The translations under genes and the position numbers were made by a program. A stretch of DNA of 64,000 nt from an uncultured Eubacteriales bacterium. Its GTDB lineage: Bacteria; Bacillota; Clostridia; Christensenellales; Aristaeellaceae. Within the stretch, counting starts at the first letter, position 1; the number at the start of each line of letters is the position of its first letter. A model generated the notes under the pieces. It searched no databases and had not been told where the DNA came from. It worked only from the letters and a program-made list of their open reading frames with translations. This document shows, piece by piece, positions 30,697-40,816 of the stretch. The stretch lies in NCBI GenBank assembly GCA_902798105.1, contig CADBVG010000015.1, forward strand, positions 4,916 to 68,915, in the 5' to 3' direction.

Positions 30697-33387
30697 CTAC
30701 CTTTCGATTTCCTCCATCACGAAGCACTCGATGACGTCATTCTCCTTGATGTCATTGTAATTCTCGATGCCAATGCCGCACTCGTAGCCGGTGTTGACCT
30801 CCTTGGCGTCGTCCTTGAAGCGCTTCAGGGAGTCTATCTTGCCCTCGTGGATGACGATGTTGTCACGCAGCAGGCGAATCTGGGCATTGCGGGCGATCTT
30901 GCCATCGGTGACATAGGAGCCCGCGATGGTACCCACGCCGGAGACCTTGAACGGCTGACGCACGGTGGCGTGGCCCAGCAGGACCTCCCTGAACTTCGGG
31001 GCCAGCATGCCCTTCATGGCGGCCTCGACGTCCTCGATGGCCTGGTAGATCACGCGATACAGCCGTATGTCGATCTTCTCGCGCTCGGCCATGTCCCTGG
31101 CGTTGTTGTCGGGTCGAACGTTGAAGCCGATGATGATGGCGTTGGCCGTGGAGGCCAGCAGCGTATCGGATTCGTTGATCGCGCCCACCGCGCCGTGGAT
31201 GCAGCGCACGCGCACCTCGTCGTTGGACAGCTTTTCCAGTGACTGGCGCACTGCCTCGACGGAGCCCTGCACGTCGGCCTTGATGATGACGTTCAGGTCC
31301 TTGATCTCGCCGGCGGAAATCTGGTTGAACAGGTCGTCCAGCGTGGTCTTGGTCTGGGTCTTGACCAGCGCAGCGCGCAGCTTGTCCTTGCGCTCCTCGG
31401 CCACCTGGCGGCTGAGCTTCTCATCGTCCACCGCGGTGATCTGGTCGCCGGCGTCGGGCACATCGTTGAAGCCGATGACCTCCACCGGTTCGGAGGGGCC
31501 GGCGCTCTTCACGCGCTCGCCGCGGTCGTTCACCATGGCGCGCACGCGACCGTAAGCCGTGCCCGCGACGATGGCATCGCCCACGTTCAGCGTGCCGTTC
31601 TTCACCAGCACGGTGGCCACCGGGCCACGGCCCTTATCCAGCTTGGCCTCGATGATAATACCGCGGGCCTTGCGGTTGGGGTTGGCACGGTAGTCGTTCA
31701 CGTCGGCAGTGAGCAGTATGGTTTCCAGCAGGTCGTCAACGCCCTGGCCGGTGACGGCGGACACGGGCACCATCTCGGTGCTGCCGCCCCACTCGGTGGT
31801 GATCAGCTCGTACTCGGTCAGCTGCTGCTTGACGTGCTCGGGGTTGGCGTGGGGCTTGTCCATCTTGTTGATGGCGACGATGATCTCGACGCCCGCGGAC
31901 TTGGCGTGGTTGATGGCCTCGATGGTCTGGGGCATCACGCCGTCGTCAGCGGCGACCACCAGCACCGCGATATCGGTGGCCTGGGCGCCGCGCAGGCGCA
32001 TCGAGGTGAAGGCCTCGTGGCCGGGGGTATCCAGGAAGGTGATCTTCCTGCCGTCCAGGTCGACGGTGTAAGCGCCGATGTGCTGGGTGATGCCGCCCGC
32101 CTCGCCTGCGGTGACGCGGGTCTTGCGGATGTAGTCCAGCAGCGAGGTCTTGCCGTGGTCGACGTGGCCCATGATGGTAACGACCGGCGGACGGGACACG
32201 AGCTCCTCCTCGGAGTCCTCCACGTCCTCCTTCTCCAGGACGTCCTCGGCGGTCTCGGCCAGCTTCATCTCCAGCTCGACGCCGAACTCCTGGGCCACAA
32301 GCGAGGCGGTGTCGAAGTCCAGGTCGTTGTTGATGGTGGCGATGATGCCCAGCATCATCAGCCGCTTGATGATCTCGCCGGCGGGCTTGCCGATACGCTC
32401 GGACAGGTCGCGCACGGTGATGGTCTCGGCGGTCATGAACGCCTTCTCGATCTTGATCGGCTCGATGAAGGTCTTCTGCGCCGCGGCCTTCTTCTTCTTG
32501 CGGCCCCGGACGAAATCGTCGTCATAGTTCATGCCGCTGCCCGCCCCGCCGCGCTGCTTCTGGGTCGTGCGACCGGAGTTGCGGCTGCGCTCGGGGTCGT
32601 TCTGGCGCACGTACTGCTTCTTGTTGGGATCATAATTGGACACCCGCTCCTTTTCCACGGAGGGTGTCAAATCGGGTCCCCTGCGGCCAAAGCCGGGGCG
32701 AGCGCTGCCGCCGCGCTGTCCGCCAAAGCCGCCGGCTGGGCGCTGACCGGGCGCGCCACCTGCGGGACGATTGCCGTATGCCGGACGTTGGCCCGGCGCG
32801 CCGCCCTGCTGCGGGCGACCCGGATATGCCGGACGCTGGCCCGGCGCGCCGCCCTGCTGCGGGCGACCCTGGTACGGTGGACGCTGGCCCGGCGCGCCGC
32901 CCTGCTGGGGTCGGCCCGGATATGCCGGACGCTGGCCCGGCGCGCCGCCCTGCTGCTGGGGTCGACCCGGATAGCGGTCGCCGTCGCGGGGCTGCGCCTG
33001 CGCGCCTGCCCTTGGCGCGGCTGTGCCGCCCTGCTGCGGGTGGGCCGGCGCCGCTGCCGGATGCGGGGCACTCTGTTCCGCCTGGGCCTGAGGCGCTTCA
33101 ACAGGCTTGGGTTGCACTTCGGGCGCCGGTGCTGCCGGAATCTCCGGCACCTGCTCACTGGAATAGGCCGTCATGAACTGTGCGCTGGCCGCATACTGCT
33201 TGCTGAGTGCTTCCTTGGCCTCGCGCTCCTGGCGCTCCCGCTCCTCGCGGGCAAAGCCGTCGGAAATCCGGCGAAGCGAATTCAGCATTTCCTGCGATTG
33301 CTTGCGCATGCGCGTCACGTTTTCCAGCATCTTGCCTGTGTTCGCGCTCAGTTCCTTCGTGACATCCTGAACCCTGACTTTGGTCAT
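30697..33387 (-). CDS. infB: Translation initiation factor IF-2
   Basis: ORF trimmed to [14 protein letters not shown] (typical IF-2 N-terminus). GTPase motifs [17 protein letters not shown] and NKMD. The N-terminal region is Pro/Gly/Gln-rich and repetitive. Confidence 0.97.
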   Translation of the reverse strand: MTKVRVQDVTKELSANTGKMLENVTRMRKQSQEMLNSLRRISDGFAREERERQEREAKEALSKQYAASAQFMTAYSSEQVPEIPAAPAPEVQPKPVEAPQAQAEQSAPHPAAAPAHPQQGGTAAPRAGAQAQPRDGDRYPGRPQQQGGAPGQRPAYPGRPQQGGAPGQRPPYQGRPQQGGAPGQRPAYPGRPQQGGAPGQRPAYGNRPAGGAPGQRPAGGFGGQRGGSARPGFGRRGPDLTPSVEKERVSNYDPNKKQYVRQNDPERSRNSGRTTQKQRGGAGSGMNYDDDFVRGRKKKKAAAQKTFIEPIKIEKAFMTAETITVRDLSERIGKPAGEIIKRLMMLGIIATINNDLDFDTASLVAQEFGVELEMKLAETAEDVLEKEDVEDSEEELVSRPPVVTIMGHVDHGKTSLLDYIRKTRVTAGEAGGITQHIGAYTVDLDGRKITFLDTPGHEAFTSMRLRGAQATDIAVLVVAADDGVMPQTIEAINHAKSAGVEIIVAINKMDKPHANPEHVKQQLTEYELITTEWGGSTEMVPVSAVTGQGVDDLLETILLTADVNDYRANPNRKARGIIIEAKLDKGRGPVATVLVKNGTLNVGDAIVAGTAYGRVRAMVNDRGERVKSAGPSEPVEVIGFNDVPDAGDQITAVDDEKLSRQVAEERKDKLRAALVKTQTKTTLDDLFNQISAGEIKDLNVIIKADVQGSVEAVRQSLEKLSNDEVRVRCIHGAVGAINESDTLLASTANAIIIGFNVRPDNNARDMAEREKIDIRLYRVIYQAIEDVEAAMKGMLAPKFREVLLGHATVRQPFKVSGVGTIAGSYVTDGKIARNAQIRLLRDNIVIHEGKIDSLKRFKDDAKEVNTGYECGIGIENYNDIKENDVIECFVMEEIER
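32780..32972 (-). repeat. In-frame 48-bp tandem repeat x4 in the infB N-terminal region
   Basis: The peptide [16 protein letters not shown] repeats 4 times. The DNA units are near-identical. Confidence 0.85.
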
Positions 33388-33445
33388 TCCCTCAATGCAC
33401 CCCCGTACACTCTGTCTGATCTTCGGCCCATTGGTCGCTGGGCCT

Positions 33446-33760
33446 TTATGCATCGCCGATGGAATCGGCGTGTGATAACTCTATAATCCTTTCGGCCATG
33501 CCCGCGTCGGTAACGACCACAGCCATACGACCCGGCTTGCCGATGGCGTCGCCCAGGGCGCTATCCCAGGTGCGCACCAGCGCAACCCCGTGGCTTGTGC
33601 AGGCGTCGGTCAACGCCTTGACGGCATTGGCCGATGCGGCGCCGTCCAACAGCGCCACATGCGCGCTGCCGGCGCGTATGGCCTGAACACAGGCCTTTTC
33701 ACCGGTAATCAGCTTGCCCGCCCTGGCGCACAGCCCCAACATATTCAGCATCCGGTCCAC
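33446..33760 (-). CDS. ylxQ: L7Ae-family RNA-binding protein (YlxQ)
   Basis: [24 protein letters not shown] is an L7Ae/L30e-type motif. Conserved position between ylxR and infB. Confidence 0.85.
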   Translation of the reverse strand: MDRMLNMLGLCARAGKLITGEKACVQAIRAGSAHVALLDGAASANAVKALTDACTSHGVALVRTWDSALGDAIGKPGRMAVVVTDAGMAERIIELSHADSIGDA

Positions 33761-33761
33761 T

Positions 33762-34046
33762 TCAGCCCTCCTGGGTCGGCGGCTGGATGCTCTTTTCCAG
33801 CTGGTCGAAAACAGCCTCGTCGATCTTCGCGTCCAGCGCCCGCTCCAATGCCCGGCTCTTTCGGGCCTTTTTAAAGCAGTCGACCTGAGCGCAGATGTAA
33901 GCCCCCCGCCCCGGCGACTTGCCGGTCCGGTCGATGTGGGCCTCGCCCTCCTGGGGCTTCACCACCCGCAGCAGCTGGGCTTTGGGCTTCATCTCCCGGC
34001 AGCCCACGCACATCCGCATGGGCACCTTGCGCGGTTTGACGGGCAT
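33762..34046 (-). CDS. ylxR: YlxR/RnpM family (DUF448) RNA-binding protein
   Basis: PMRMCVGCREMKPKAQLLRVV...GRGAYIC is the DUF448 signature. Lies immediately downstream of nusA. Confidence 0.85.
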   Translation of the reverse strand: MPVKPRKVPMRMCVGCREMKPKAQLLRVVKPQEGEAHIDRTGKSPGRGAYICAQVDCFKKARKSRALERALDAKIDEAVFDQLEKSIQPPTQEG

Positions 34047-35137
34047 CAGTATTCCTCCTGATCCTGGTTCATCTGATCGGCCTCAGCCTCCACCTGGCTC
34101 TGGCTCTTGATATCGATCTTCCAGCCGGTCAGCTTGGCGGCGAGGCGAGCGTTCTGGCCCTCCTTGCCGATGGCCAGCGAAAGCTGGTTGTCGGGCACCA
34201 CCACGGCGGCGGCCTTCTCGGTATCGGAGACGAACACGCTGAGCACCCGGGCGGGGTTCAGGGCGTTGGCAATGTACTCCGCCGGGTCCTGGGACCAACG
34301 CACGATGTCGATCTTTTCGGTCTTCAGCTCGTTGACCACGTTCTCCACGCGCATGCCCCGGGGGCCTACGCAGGAGCCCACGGCGTCGATCAGCGGATCG
34401 GTGGACACCACAGCCATCTTGGTGCGGTAGCCGGCCTCGCGGGCGATGGACTTGATCTGCACCACGCCAGTGACGATCTCGGGCACCTCCAGCTCAAACA
34501 GGCGCTTGACCAGGCCCGGATGGGTCCGGGAGACGAACACCTGCGGGCCGCGGCCCTGGCGGGAAACCTCCAGCACATAGACCTTGATGCGGTCGTTTAC
34601 GGCCAGCTCCTCTGTGGGCATCTGCTGGCTGGGCTCCAGAACGCCTTCCGTGCGGCCGAGCTCCACAAATACCTGCTTGTTTTCCACCCGTTGCACGATG
34701 GCGGTGAGGATTTCGTTTTCCTTCTGGCTGTATTCGTCGTAGATAACGCCGCGCTCGGCCTCGCGCAGGTGCTGCACGACCACCTGTTTGGCGGTCTGCG
34801 CCGCGATGCGCCCGAAGTTCTTGGGCGTCACCTGCACCTCGACCAGATCCCCCAGCTCATACTGGGGCTGTATGGCGCGGGCCTCCTCCAGCGACATCTC
34901 GCACTGGGGATCCTCCACGGTCTCCACGACGGTCTTGCGGCTGAGCACCTCCACGCTGCCCTTCTCGGGATCGATGGTGGCGCGCACATTGGCGTTTTTG
35001 CCGAAGTTCTTTTTATATGCAGAAATCAGCGCGGCTTCGATCGCGCCGAAGAGCACGTCTTTATTGATGCGCCGCTCCTTGCTCAGGGCGTCCAGGGCGC
35101 TGAAAAACTCGTTGGAGTCGATGCCTCCGTTTGCCAT
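34046..35137 (-). CDS. nusA: Transcription termination/antitermination factor NusA
   Basis: ORF trimmed to [24 protein letters not shown] (AGGAGG RBS). N-terminal domain, S1 and two KH domains. Confidence 0.97.
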   Translation of the reverse strand: MANGGIDSNEFFSALDALSKERRINKDVLFGAIEAALISAYKKNFGKNANVRATIDPEKGSVEVLSRKTVVETVEDPQCEMSLEEARAIQPQYELGDLVEVQVTPKNFGRIAAQTAKQVVVQHLREAERGVIYDEYSQKENEILTAIVQRVENKQVFVELGRTEGVLEPSQQMPTEELAVNDRIKVYVLEVSRQGRGPQVFVSRTHPGLVKRLFELEVPEIVTGVVQIKSIAREAGYRTKMAVVSTDPLIDAVGSCVGPRGMRVENVVNELKTEKIDIVRWSQDPAEYIANALNPARVLSVFVSDTEKAAAVVVPDNQLSLAIGKEGQNARLAAKLTGWKIDIKSQSQVEAEADQMNQDQEEY

Positions 35138-35192
35138 GGTTCCATTCCTCCTGTTCCGTTCGCCGCAACCCCCGCGGCAGGATAGGTTTATA

Positions 35193-35681
35193 TCACTTCG
35201 AGGGCTGCTGCACGGGCGCGTCGTCCTGCAGGTCCTCCTCGTCAAATTCAATCAGCGGGCGCACGATGGCCACGCCTTTCTGCGGGAAGCGAAGCGTCTC
35301 GCTGCCGTCTGTGGTAATGACCACCTCGCCGTCCTGCAAGCCCACCAGCTCGCCGGTGAACTGCTTGCAGCCGTTCACGGGGCGGTAGGTCTTCAACTCG
35401 ACCACCATGCCCTGGCAGCGTTCAAAATCCCGTTCAGTCTTCAGCGGACGGTCCGCGCCGGGTGATGAGACCTCCATGTAGTCGTACTCCACCCGCTCCA
35501 CCAGCGGCAATATCCTGCGGTGAAAGGCCTCGAGATCGTTCAGGGCGATGCCGTCGGGTTTCTCAATATAAAAACGCAGAAAATGACCGGTCGGCTCCTT
35601 GACCAGCTCAACGTCGACCAGCTCTACGTCCATTTCCGCGGCGATCTTCTGTGCAATTTCCCTGGCTTCCCTGACCGGCAT
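35193..35681 (-). CDS. rimP: Ribosome maturation factor RimP
   Basis: ORF trimmed to MPVREAREIAQKIAAEMDVELVDVELVKEPTGHFLRFYIEKP. An upstream TTG near 35699 has the better-placed GGAGG and may be the true start. Confidence 0.9.
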   Translation of the reverse strand: MPVREAREIAQKIAAEMDVELVDVELVKEPTGHFLRFYIEKPDGIALNDLEAFHRRILPLVERVEYDYMEVSSPGADRPLKTERDFERCQGMVVELKTYRPVNGCKQFTGELVGLQDGEVVITTDGSETLRFPQKGVAIVRPLIEFDEEDLQDDAPVQQPSK

Positions 35682-35737
35682 TGACTTGCTCGGCAACAAG
35701 ACCCCTCCCCCGATTGCGTTTGAAGTGTATCCCGATT

Positions 35738-35766
35738 TCAAAAACACACCGCCGATGATCGGCGGT
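35738..35766 (-). terminator. Intrinsic terminator/attenuator in the rimP-nusA leader
   Basis: The mRNA sense is ACCGCCGA tca TCGGCGGT followed by GTGTTTTTG. It sits between the promoter (35819-35847) and the rimP start. Confidence 0.65.
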
Positions 35767-35818
35767 TGTTGACGGTTGACAGCGTTGCTTGCGACTGAGA
35801 AACTCTCAGCATAGGTAA

Positions 35819-35847
35819 TTATACCACGTTTTTCCGAATAATACAAC
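35819..35847 (-). promoter_or_regulatory. Sigma-A promoter of the rimP-nusA-infB operon
   Basis: Minus-sense TTGTAT, 17 nt, TGgTATAAT (extended -10). Confidence 0.6.
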
Positions 35848-35877
35848 CTCTTGAAGCCATAAAAACGGCAGAATATG

Positions 35878-37173
35878 TTATATATTCGGCAGGAAACCGC
35901 CCGTGGGCACCGGCGTACCCTCACGCACGCGCTCGATGTGGGCACCAAGGCTGCGCAGCTTCTCGTCGAAGCGCTCGTAACCGCGCATGATGTACTCCAC
36001 GCCGGAAATCTCGGTGACGCCCTCGGCCATCAGCGCCGCGATCACCAGCGCCGCGCCAGCCCGCAGGTCGGTGGCGTTGACCCGGGCGCCCGCAAGCTTG
36101 TCCACGCCGGTGATGATGGCCGTGGTCTCGATCACGCGGGAATTGGCCCCCATCTTCCGAAGTTCGTCCAAATAGCGAAAGCGGGATTCAAATACCGTCT
36201 CGGTGACGATGCTGGTGCCGTTGGCGACGGTCAGCAGCGCGGCAAGGGGCTGCTGCAAATCGGTAGGGAAGCCGGGATAACCCTGGGTCTTCACGTTCAC
36301 CGAGCGGAAATTTCGGTTGCTGCGCACATGGATGATGTCATCCTCGCTGGTGACGTGTACGCCCATCTCCAGCAGCTTCGCGGAAAGGGCCTCCATGTGG
36401 GTGGGTATGGTGCCGGTTATGATCACGTCGCCGCCCGTGGCCGCTGCCGCGATCATCAGCGTGCCCGTCTCGATCTGGTCGGGCACTACGGTGTAGTTCG
36501 TGCCGTGCAGGTGCCGACCGCCTCGGATGCGGATCACGTCAGTGCCCGCGCCCTTGACCACAGCTCCCATACTGGACAGGAAGTTGGCCAGGTCGACGAT
36601 GTGGGGCTCCTTGGCCGCATTGTGAATGCAGGTGGTGCCGCTGGCGGAAACGGCAGTGAGCATACAGTTCACCGTCGCGCCCACGCTCGGCATCTCCAGG
36701 AAGATGTCGCCGCCCACCAGCTCGTCAGCGGAGGCCATGATCACCCCGCCGGGGGTATCCACCTCCGCGCCGAGGGTGCGCATGCCCTTCAGCGTCTGGT
36801 CGATGGGCCTGGGCCCGATGTCACAGCCGCCCGGCAGGGGCACGCTGCAACGGCGGAACACGCCCAGCAGCACCGGCGCGAAATAGTAGGAAGCGCGCAT
36901 ACGGCTGGCCAGCTCGTAGGGCGGATCGAACTTGTCCGCGGTGCGCGGGTCGATGGTCATCACATTGTCCTTGAATTCCACCTGCGCGCCCAGGTATCTG
37001 AGCATCTCTATGATGATATGTACGTCATTGATATCCGGAACATTTTCGATCACGGAGGGGGAATCGCCCAGCAGGGCAGCGGGAATAATGGCCACCGCGG
37101 CATTCTTGCCGCCGCTGACCATGACCTCGCCCTCCAGGCGGGCACCGCCATGAATCCGCATTTTTTCCTTCAT
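35878..37173 (-). CDS. murA: UDP-N-acetylglucosamine 1-carboxyvinyltransferase
   Basis: ORF trimmed to MKEKMRIHGGARLEGEVMVSGGKNAAVAIIPAALL (GGAG RBS). Full-length MurA pattern. Confidence 0.95.
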   Translation of the reverse strand: MKEKMRIHGGARLEGEVMVSGGKNAAVAIIPAALLGDSPSVIENVPDINDVHIIIEMLRYLGAQVEFKDNVMTIDPRTADKFDPPYELASRMRASYYFAPVLLGVFRRCSVPLPGGCDIGPRPIDQTLKGMRTLGAEVDTPGGVIMASADELVGGDIFLEMPSVGATVNCMLTAVSASGTTCIHNAAKEPHIVDLANFLSSMGAVVKGAGTDVIRIRGGRHLHGTNYTVVPDQIETGTLMIAAAATGGDVIITGTIPTHMEALSAKLLEMGVHVTSEDDIIHVRSNRNFRSVNVKTQGYPGFPTDLQQPLAALLTVANGTSIVTETVFESRFRYLDELRKMGANSRVIETTAIITGVDKLAGARVNATDLRAGAALVIAALMAEGVTEISGVEYIMRGYERFDEKLRSLGAHIERVREGTPVPTGGFLPNI

Positions 37174-37245
37174 CTTATCTCCATCCGTCTCAAACATAGC
37201 CGCCGACAGGAGCGAATCCCCCGTCCGACCGACTCCTCCTATGGT

Positions 37246-37455
37246 TCAGCGCCCGCAGCCGGAGCAGCCCTGGCAGTTTCCGCCGCAGCTGCATCCGCCG
37301 CCGGAGACCCGCCCCAGGGACGACCACTTGCCCTCGTACACCCGCGCCACATCGCCCCCGCACTTGGGGCATTTCACATCGTCCCTCGCGGAGACGGAGC
37401 GCAGCATATCAAACCGATGGCCGCACTGCATACACCTGTAATCGTATACCGGCAT
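37246..37455 (-). CDS. FmdB family zinc-ribbon protein
   Basis: ORF trimmed to MPVYDYRCMQCGHRFDMLRSVSARDDVKCPKCGG (GGAGGG RBS). Gly/Cys-rich C-terminal tail. Confidence 0.8.
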   Translation of the reverse strand: MPVYDYRCMQCGHRFDMLRSVSARDDVKCPKCGGDVARVYEGKWSSLGRVSGGGCSCGGNCQGCSGCGR

Positions 37456-37503
37456 GGTCCCTCCGGCGCGCAAAAACAGCGCCATATCTCTATCGCTTAC
37501 TCT

Positions 37504-37532
37504 ATTATACATGACTTCGCCGCCTCAGGCAA
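37504..37532 (-). promoter_or_regulatory. Candidate promoter for fmdB-murA
   Basis: Minus-sense TTGCCT, 17 nt, TATAAT. Confidence 0.5.
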
Positions 37533-37602
37533 GCCTGTTTACGTGCTTATTACGGTAATGGAACCTGCCAAACCCGTGATTCAGGGCTTTGATCCACGAA
37601 AT

Positions 37603-38643
37603 TTAACCTTTTCCGCCATGAAGCAGCGCCCGATCCGCCCGGCAGGCCACCGCCAGCAGCAGCGCCGCGCACAGCCAGCCCACTGCGGGGTAGCCTGCGC
37701 CGACGGTCCGTCGCAAGCCCAGCAGCCCTGCCAGCGCCGCGACGGCCAGGGCCGTGACCAGCGCGCCCCTGCCCCATCCGCCGCGCATATCGTCGATCAG
37801 GCCGCCCAGCACAGCGGCCAGCGTGGTCACCGCGCAGATATAGCTGAACGCGGCGCAGGCCCAGAAGCCGGCCAAACCCCACCGCGCCGCGAGAATCACC
37901 GTGGGCATCGCCTGGCCCAGCAGCAGCCTGCCGCCCCGCGCGATGGCCCCAGACGCGACCGCCAGCAGCGCCAGCAGCGCTCCGCCGCACAACAGCCCCA
38001 CCTTCCACGGCCTTGCCCCTTTGCCAAAGCGCAGGGCCACGTTGGACGCCAGGGCCGCGTTCATCGCTCCATAGCTCAGCGCCAGCAGAATCGACGCCGG
38101 CCAGCTGTCCGCCAGCGCCAGCTGGACCGCACCTTCCATCCACACCCGCGGAGGCCTGGGATCCAGTGCCAGCGCCCCATAAAACATCACGCCCGCGGCC
38201 AGCACGACCAGCCCCATCCAGGGCAGCGGCCTGAGCCCTGACAGGTTTACGATCACCGCGATCAGCAGCGCAATTCCCGCCCCCCAGAGCCAGCCAAAAC
38301 GCACGGGCAATACCAATGCGCCGGTCTCCCCTGACCCGCAGAGCATGACCAAGGCAGTCAGCGCCAGCAGCAGCGCGTGCAGCCATCCGGCGACAGCACC
38401 CACGCGCCTTCCCATCAGCCTGCGGCAGAAGCCGGCGAAGCTGTCCGCCCCCACCCCCGCGCTCCAGCGACAGATCAGCGCTGTCAGCAACCCGAACACC
38501 ACCGGCGCGAAACAGATGCCAATCCACTGCGCCCGGCCCGTCTGGGCGAAGAACAGCACCAGCTCCCGTCCCGACGCATAGCCCGTGCCCGCCACCGCGG
38601 CCACGATGGCCAGCGCTGAACGCGCCTCCCCCCGTCCTTCCAT
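37603..38643 (-). CDS. YkvI-like polytopic membrane protein (transporter-like)
   Basis: About 10 TM. The N-terminal motif GTGYASGRELVLFF resembles the GAGFASGQE motif of the YkvI family. Confidence 0.7.
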   Translation of the reverse strand: MEGRGEARSALAIVAAVAGTGYASGRELVLFFAQTGRAQWIGICFAPVVFGLLTALICRWSAGVGADSFAGFCRRLMGRRVGAVAGWLHALLLALTALVMLCGSGETGALVLPVRFGWLWGAGIALLIAVIVNLSGLRPLPWMGLVVLAAGVMFYGALALDPRPPRVWMEGAVQLALADSWPASILLALSYGAMNAALASNVALRFGKGARPWKVGLLCGGALLALLAVASGAIARGGRLLLGQAMPTVILAARWGLAGFWACAAFSYICAVTTLAAVLGGLIDDMRGGWGRGALVTALAVAALAGLLGLRRTVGAGYPAVGWLCAALLLAVACRADRALLHGGKG

Positions 38644-38704
38644 GGCAAAACCCCCGTTTCACATTCATGGTATGCAAAACGGGGGTTCAAAATAAGCCAG
38701 GGGG

Positions 38705-39031
38705 TCAGTCTTCCGCTGCTTCCTCGCGGCCCAGCTCGTCCGCGGTCTTGTCCACGGGCGTCAGGTCGACCTGCTCCCATCCGGCGGAGGGATCGTCAAC
38801 CATTTGCCCGGGGGCGCCCTCGCCATTCAGCTCCGGGGGGCGCGTAACGGCCTCAGCTGGCTCGGCAAACTGGGGGTCCGGCGTACCGGGTCCCTTCGAG
38901 CGCGTCAGATTCAGCGCGCCCGAAACCAGCCGTATGACCAGCATCAGCAACAACACGGCTGCCACCGCCGCCACAGCCAGCGCCCCTACGCCGGCCCACT
39001 TTTGAGCGGGATTCCTGCGTCTTCGGCTCAA
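38705..39031 (-). CDS. Small single-pass membrane protein, hypothetical
   Basis: TTG start overlapping the stop of the upstream P-loop gene (TTGA). Basic N-terminus, one TM (VGALAVAAVAAVLLLMLVIRLV) and an acidic/Pro-rich tail. Confidence 0.45.
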   Translation of the reverse strand: MSRRRRNPAQKWAGVGALAVAAVAAVLLLMLVIRLVSGALNLTRSKGPGTPDPQFAEPAEAVTRPPELNGEGAPGQMVDDPSAGWEQVDLTPVDKTADELGREEAAED

Positions 39032-39453
39032 TGGGCGTACTTCCGGATGTACTCCGGCACCTCGTCCTCGTGGGAACTGATGGACAGCACGAACTGGCAG
39101 TGATGGGCATCAGAGACGGCATTCAGGTTCTCGAAGAACTTCTCCATCTCGATGTCGTCCAGCGGCGTCTTCACCAGCTTTTTGAAGGCGTCCACGGCGA
39201 TCATGCACAGGTCGAAGTCAGCGGAGAGCATGCCGCACAGGAAGGCCAGGAATTCATGTGCTGTGCATTTATAGGCCCCGGGATACTCGCTGGCATCAAC
39301 AAAGCGGATCTCATGCCGCAGGTCATACATATACCGCTTGTCGTCATCGACGAAAATAATATTGCCATGCTCGGTCTTCAGCGCGTCGTTGGTCAGATCG
39401 ATCAACCGCTTGGTCTTGCCGCTGCCCTTATCACCCAGTATCACTTTGATCAT
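39028..39453 (-). CDS. Minimal P-loop NTPase (141 aa), hypothetical
   Basis: Walker A GDKGSGKT at residues 7-14 and Walker B-like IIFVDDD. No other recognisable domain. AAGGAG RBS. Confidence 0.7.
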   Translation of the reverse strand: MIKVILGDKGSGKTKRLIDLTNDALKTEHGNIIFVDDDKRYMYDLRHEIRFVDASEYPGAYKCTAHEFLAFLCGMLSADFDLCMIAVDAFKKLVKTPLDDIEMEKFFENLNAVSDAHHCQFVLSISSHEDEVPEYIRKYAH

Positions 39454-39492
39454 GGTAATCCACTCCTTTTCAATTCAGGTGGGTACATGTCT

Positions 39493-39521
39493 ATTATACT
39501 ATAGAAAATGAAAAAATACAA
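39493..39521 (-). promoter_or_regulatory. Sigma-A promoter for the P-loop / small TM / YkvI-like string
   Basis: Minus-sense TTGTAT, 17 nt, TATAAT. Confidence 0.55.
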
Positions 39522-39590
39522 GCAGTCCCCATCCTTATTTTCCCGTAAGGGATGCAGGAATTTTTCTGTCCTCAGTCGAATAAGGAAGGC

Positions 39591-40163
39591 ATGATTTACA
39601 CCGACAGCTTTGTTTACATGCCAGAACTGAATACGCCACGGCTTTTGTTGCGCAGGCTGACCATGCGCGACGCCGCCGATATCTACCATTACAGCCGCGA
39701 TACCGAGGTGGCCCGCCACGTGCTGTGGGACGCCCATCGCTCGATCTCCGACAGCCGCGCCTACCTGCGCTACATGCTGCGCCGCTATCGCAACCACGAG
39801 CCCGCCAGCTGGGGCATCGAGTGGAAGCAGACCGGGGAAATCATCGGCACCATTGGCTTCATGTGGATACAGACGGACAACTCCGCCGCCGAGGTTGGCT
39901 ATTCCCTGTCCCGGGATTTTTGGAACCGGGGCATCATGACCGAGGCGCTGAAGGCCGTGATCGGCCACGGCTTTTTGAGCATGAACCTGAACCGCATCGA
40001 GGCCCAACACGAAACCACCAACCCCGCCTCCGGCGCGGTCATGCGCAAGTGCGGCATGCAGCGGGAGGGCACCCTGCGCCAGAGGCTGTACAACAAGGGC
40101 CGCTATGTGGATGTGGAGCTGTACGCCATATTGCGCAGGGATTATGACCAGCGCAAAAGATAA
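39591..40163 (+). CDS. GNAT family N-acetyltransferase (RimJ/RimL-like)
   Basis: ORF trimmed to MIYTDSFVYMPELNTPRLLLRRLTMRDAADIY (AAGGAAGG RBS). Acetyl-CoA motif FWNRGIMTEAL. Confidence 0.85.
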   Translation: MIYTDSFVYMPELNTPRLLLRRLTMRDAADIYHYSRDTEVARHVLWDAHRSISDSRAYLRYMLRRYRNHEPASWGIEWKQTGEIIGTIGFMWIQTDNSAAEVGYSLSRDFWNRGIMTEALKAVIGHGFLSMNLNRIEAQHETTNPASGAVMRKCGMQREGTLRQRLYNKGRYVDVELYAILRRDYDQRKR

Positions 40164-40273
40164 ATCACGCGAAATGCGGCGGCGCCCGCGCCGCCACGGT
40201 TCTCCTGCCTCTGGAGAGACTGTGGCGGCCCAGGCGCCGCCGCTGCATGCGCTTTCGTGCTTTCCAGGAACCT

Positions 40274-40726
40274 TTACTGCACCGACTCGCCCCGGTCCAG
40301 CATCATGATCATGTCGACGCGCCGCTGGTGCCGCCCGCCATCGAACCCGGTGGTCAGGAACACGTCCACAATGGCCTCGGCCACCACCGTTCCGATGGTA
40401 CGCGCGCCCATGGCCACGATGTTGGCGTCGTTGTGCTCCCGGGCCAGCCTTGCGCTGACGGGCTCTGAGCACAGCGCGCAGCGCACGCCGTGAATCTTGT
40501 TGGCGGAGATCGAAATGCCGATGCCCGTGCCGCAGATCAGTATGCCCCTGTCGCATTCACCGGATACCACGGCCTTCGATACCCGCTCCGCGTAGATCGG
40601 ATAGTCGGTGGATTCGGTGGTATCGCAGCCAAAATTGACGACCTCATATCCCTTTCCCTCGAGGTAATTCACCAGGTGTTGCTTGAGCTCCACGGCCCCG
40701 TGGTCGTTGCCGATTGCGATCTTCAT
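40274..40726 (-). CDS. rpiB: Ribose-5-phosphate isomerase B
   Basis: ORF trimmed to MKIAIGNDHGAVELKQHL. GILICGTGIGISISANK is the RpiB/LacAB signature. Confidence 0.93.
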   Translation of the reverse strand: MKIAIGNDHGAVELKQHLVNYLEGKGYEVVNFGCDTTESTDYPIYAERVSKAVVSGECDRGILICGTGIGISISANKIHGVRCALCSEPVSARLAREHNDANIVAMGARTIGTVVAEAIVDVFLTTGFDGGRHQRRVDMIMMLDRGESVQ

Positions 40727-40816
40727 ATGCCACACTCCCTGCATTCAGTATTTATGTAAGTCCTCTGTTAAACTATACCGCATTTTTTAACAGATGTCAA
40801 TGCGGTTGGGCAAAAA

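Noticed and set aside
32664-33176. Arg/Pro-rich ORFs on both strands inside the infB repeat region
   Set aside because: They are out-of-frame or antisense readings of the IF-2 Pro/Gly/Gln repeat. infB is unambiguous in this region.
37246-37305. Gly/Cys-rich tail (SGGGCSCGGNCQGCSGCGR), considered as a RiPP-like precursor core
   Set aside because: It is the C-terminus of an FmdB-type zinc-ribbon protein, a family in which such Cys/Gly tails are common. No modification enzymes, protease or exporter genes are adjacent.
35875-38241. 788-aa plus-strand ORF spanning murA, fmdB and the YkvI-like gene
   Set aside because: It crosses three well-supported minus-strand genes and two intergenic promoters. 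The translation is Arg/Gln/His/Gly-rich and featureless.
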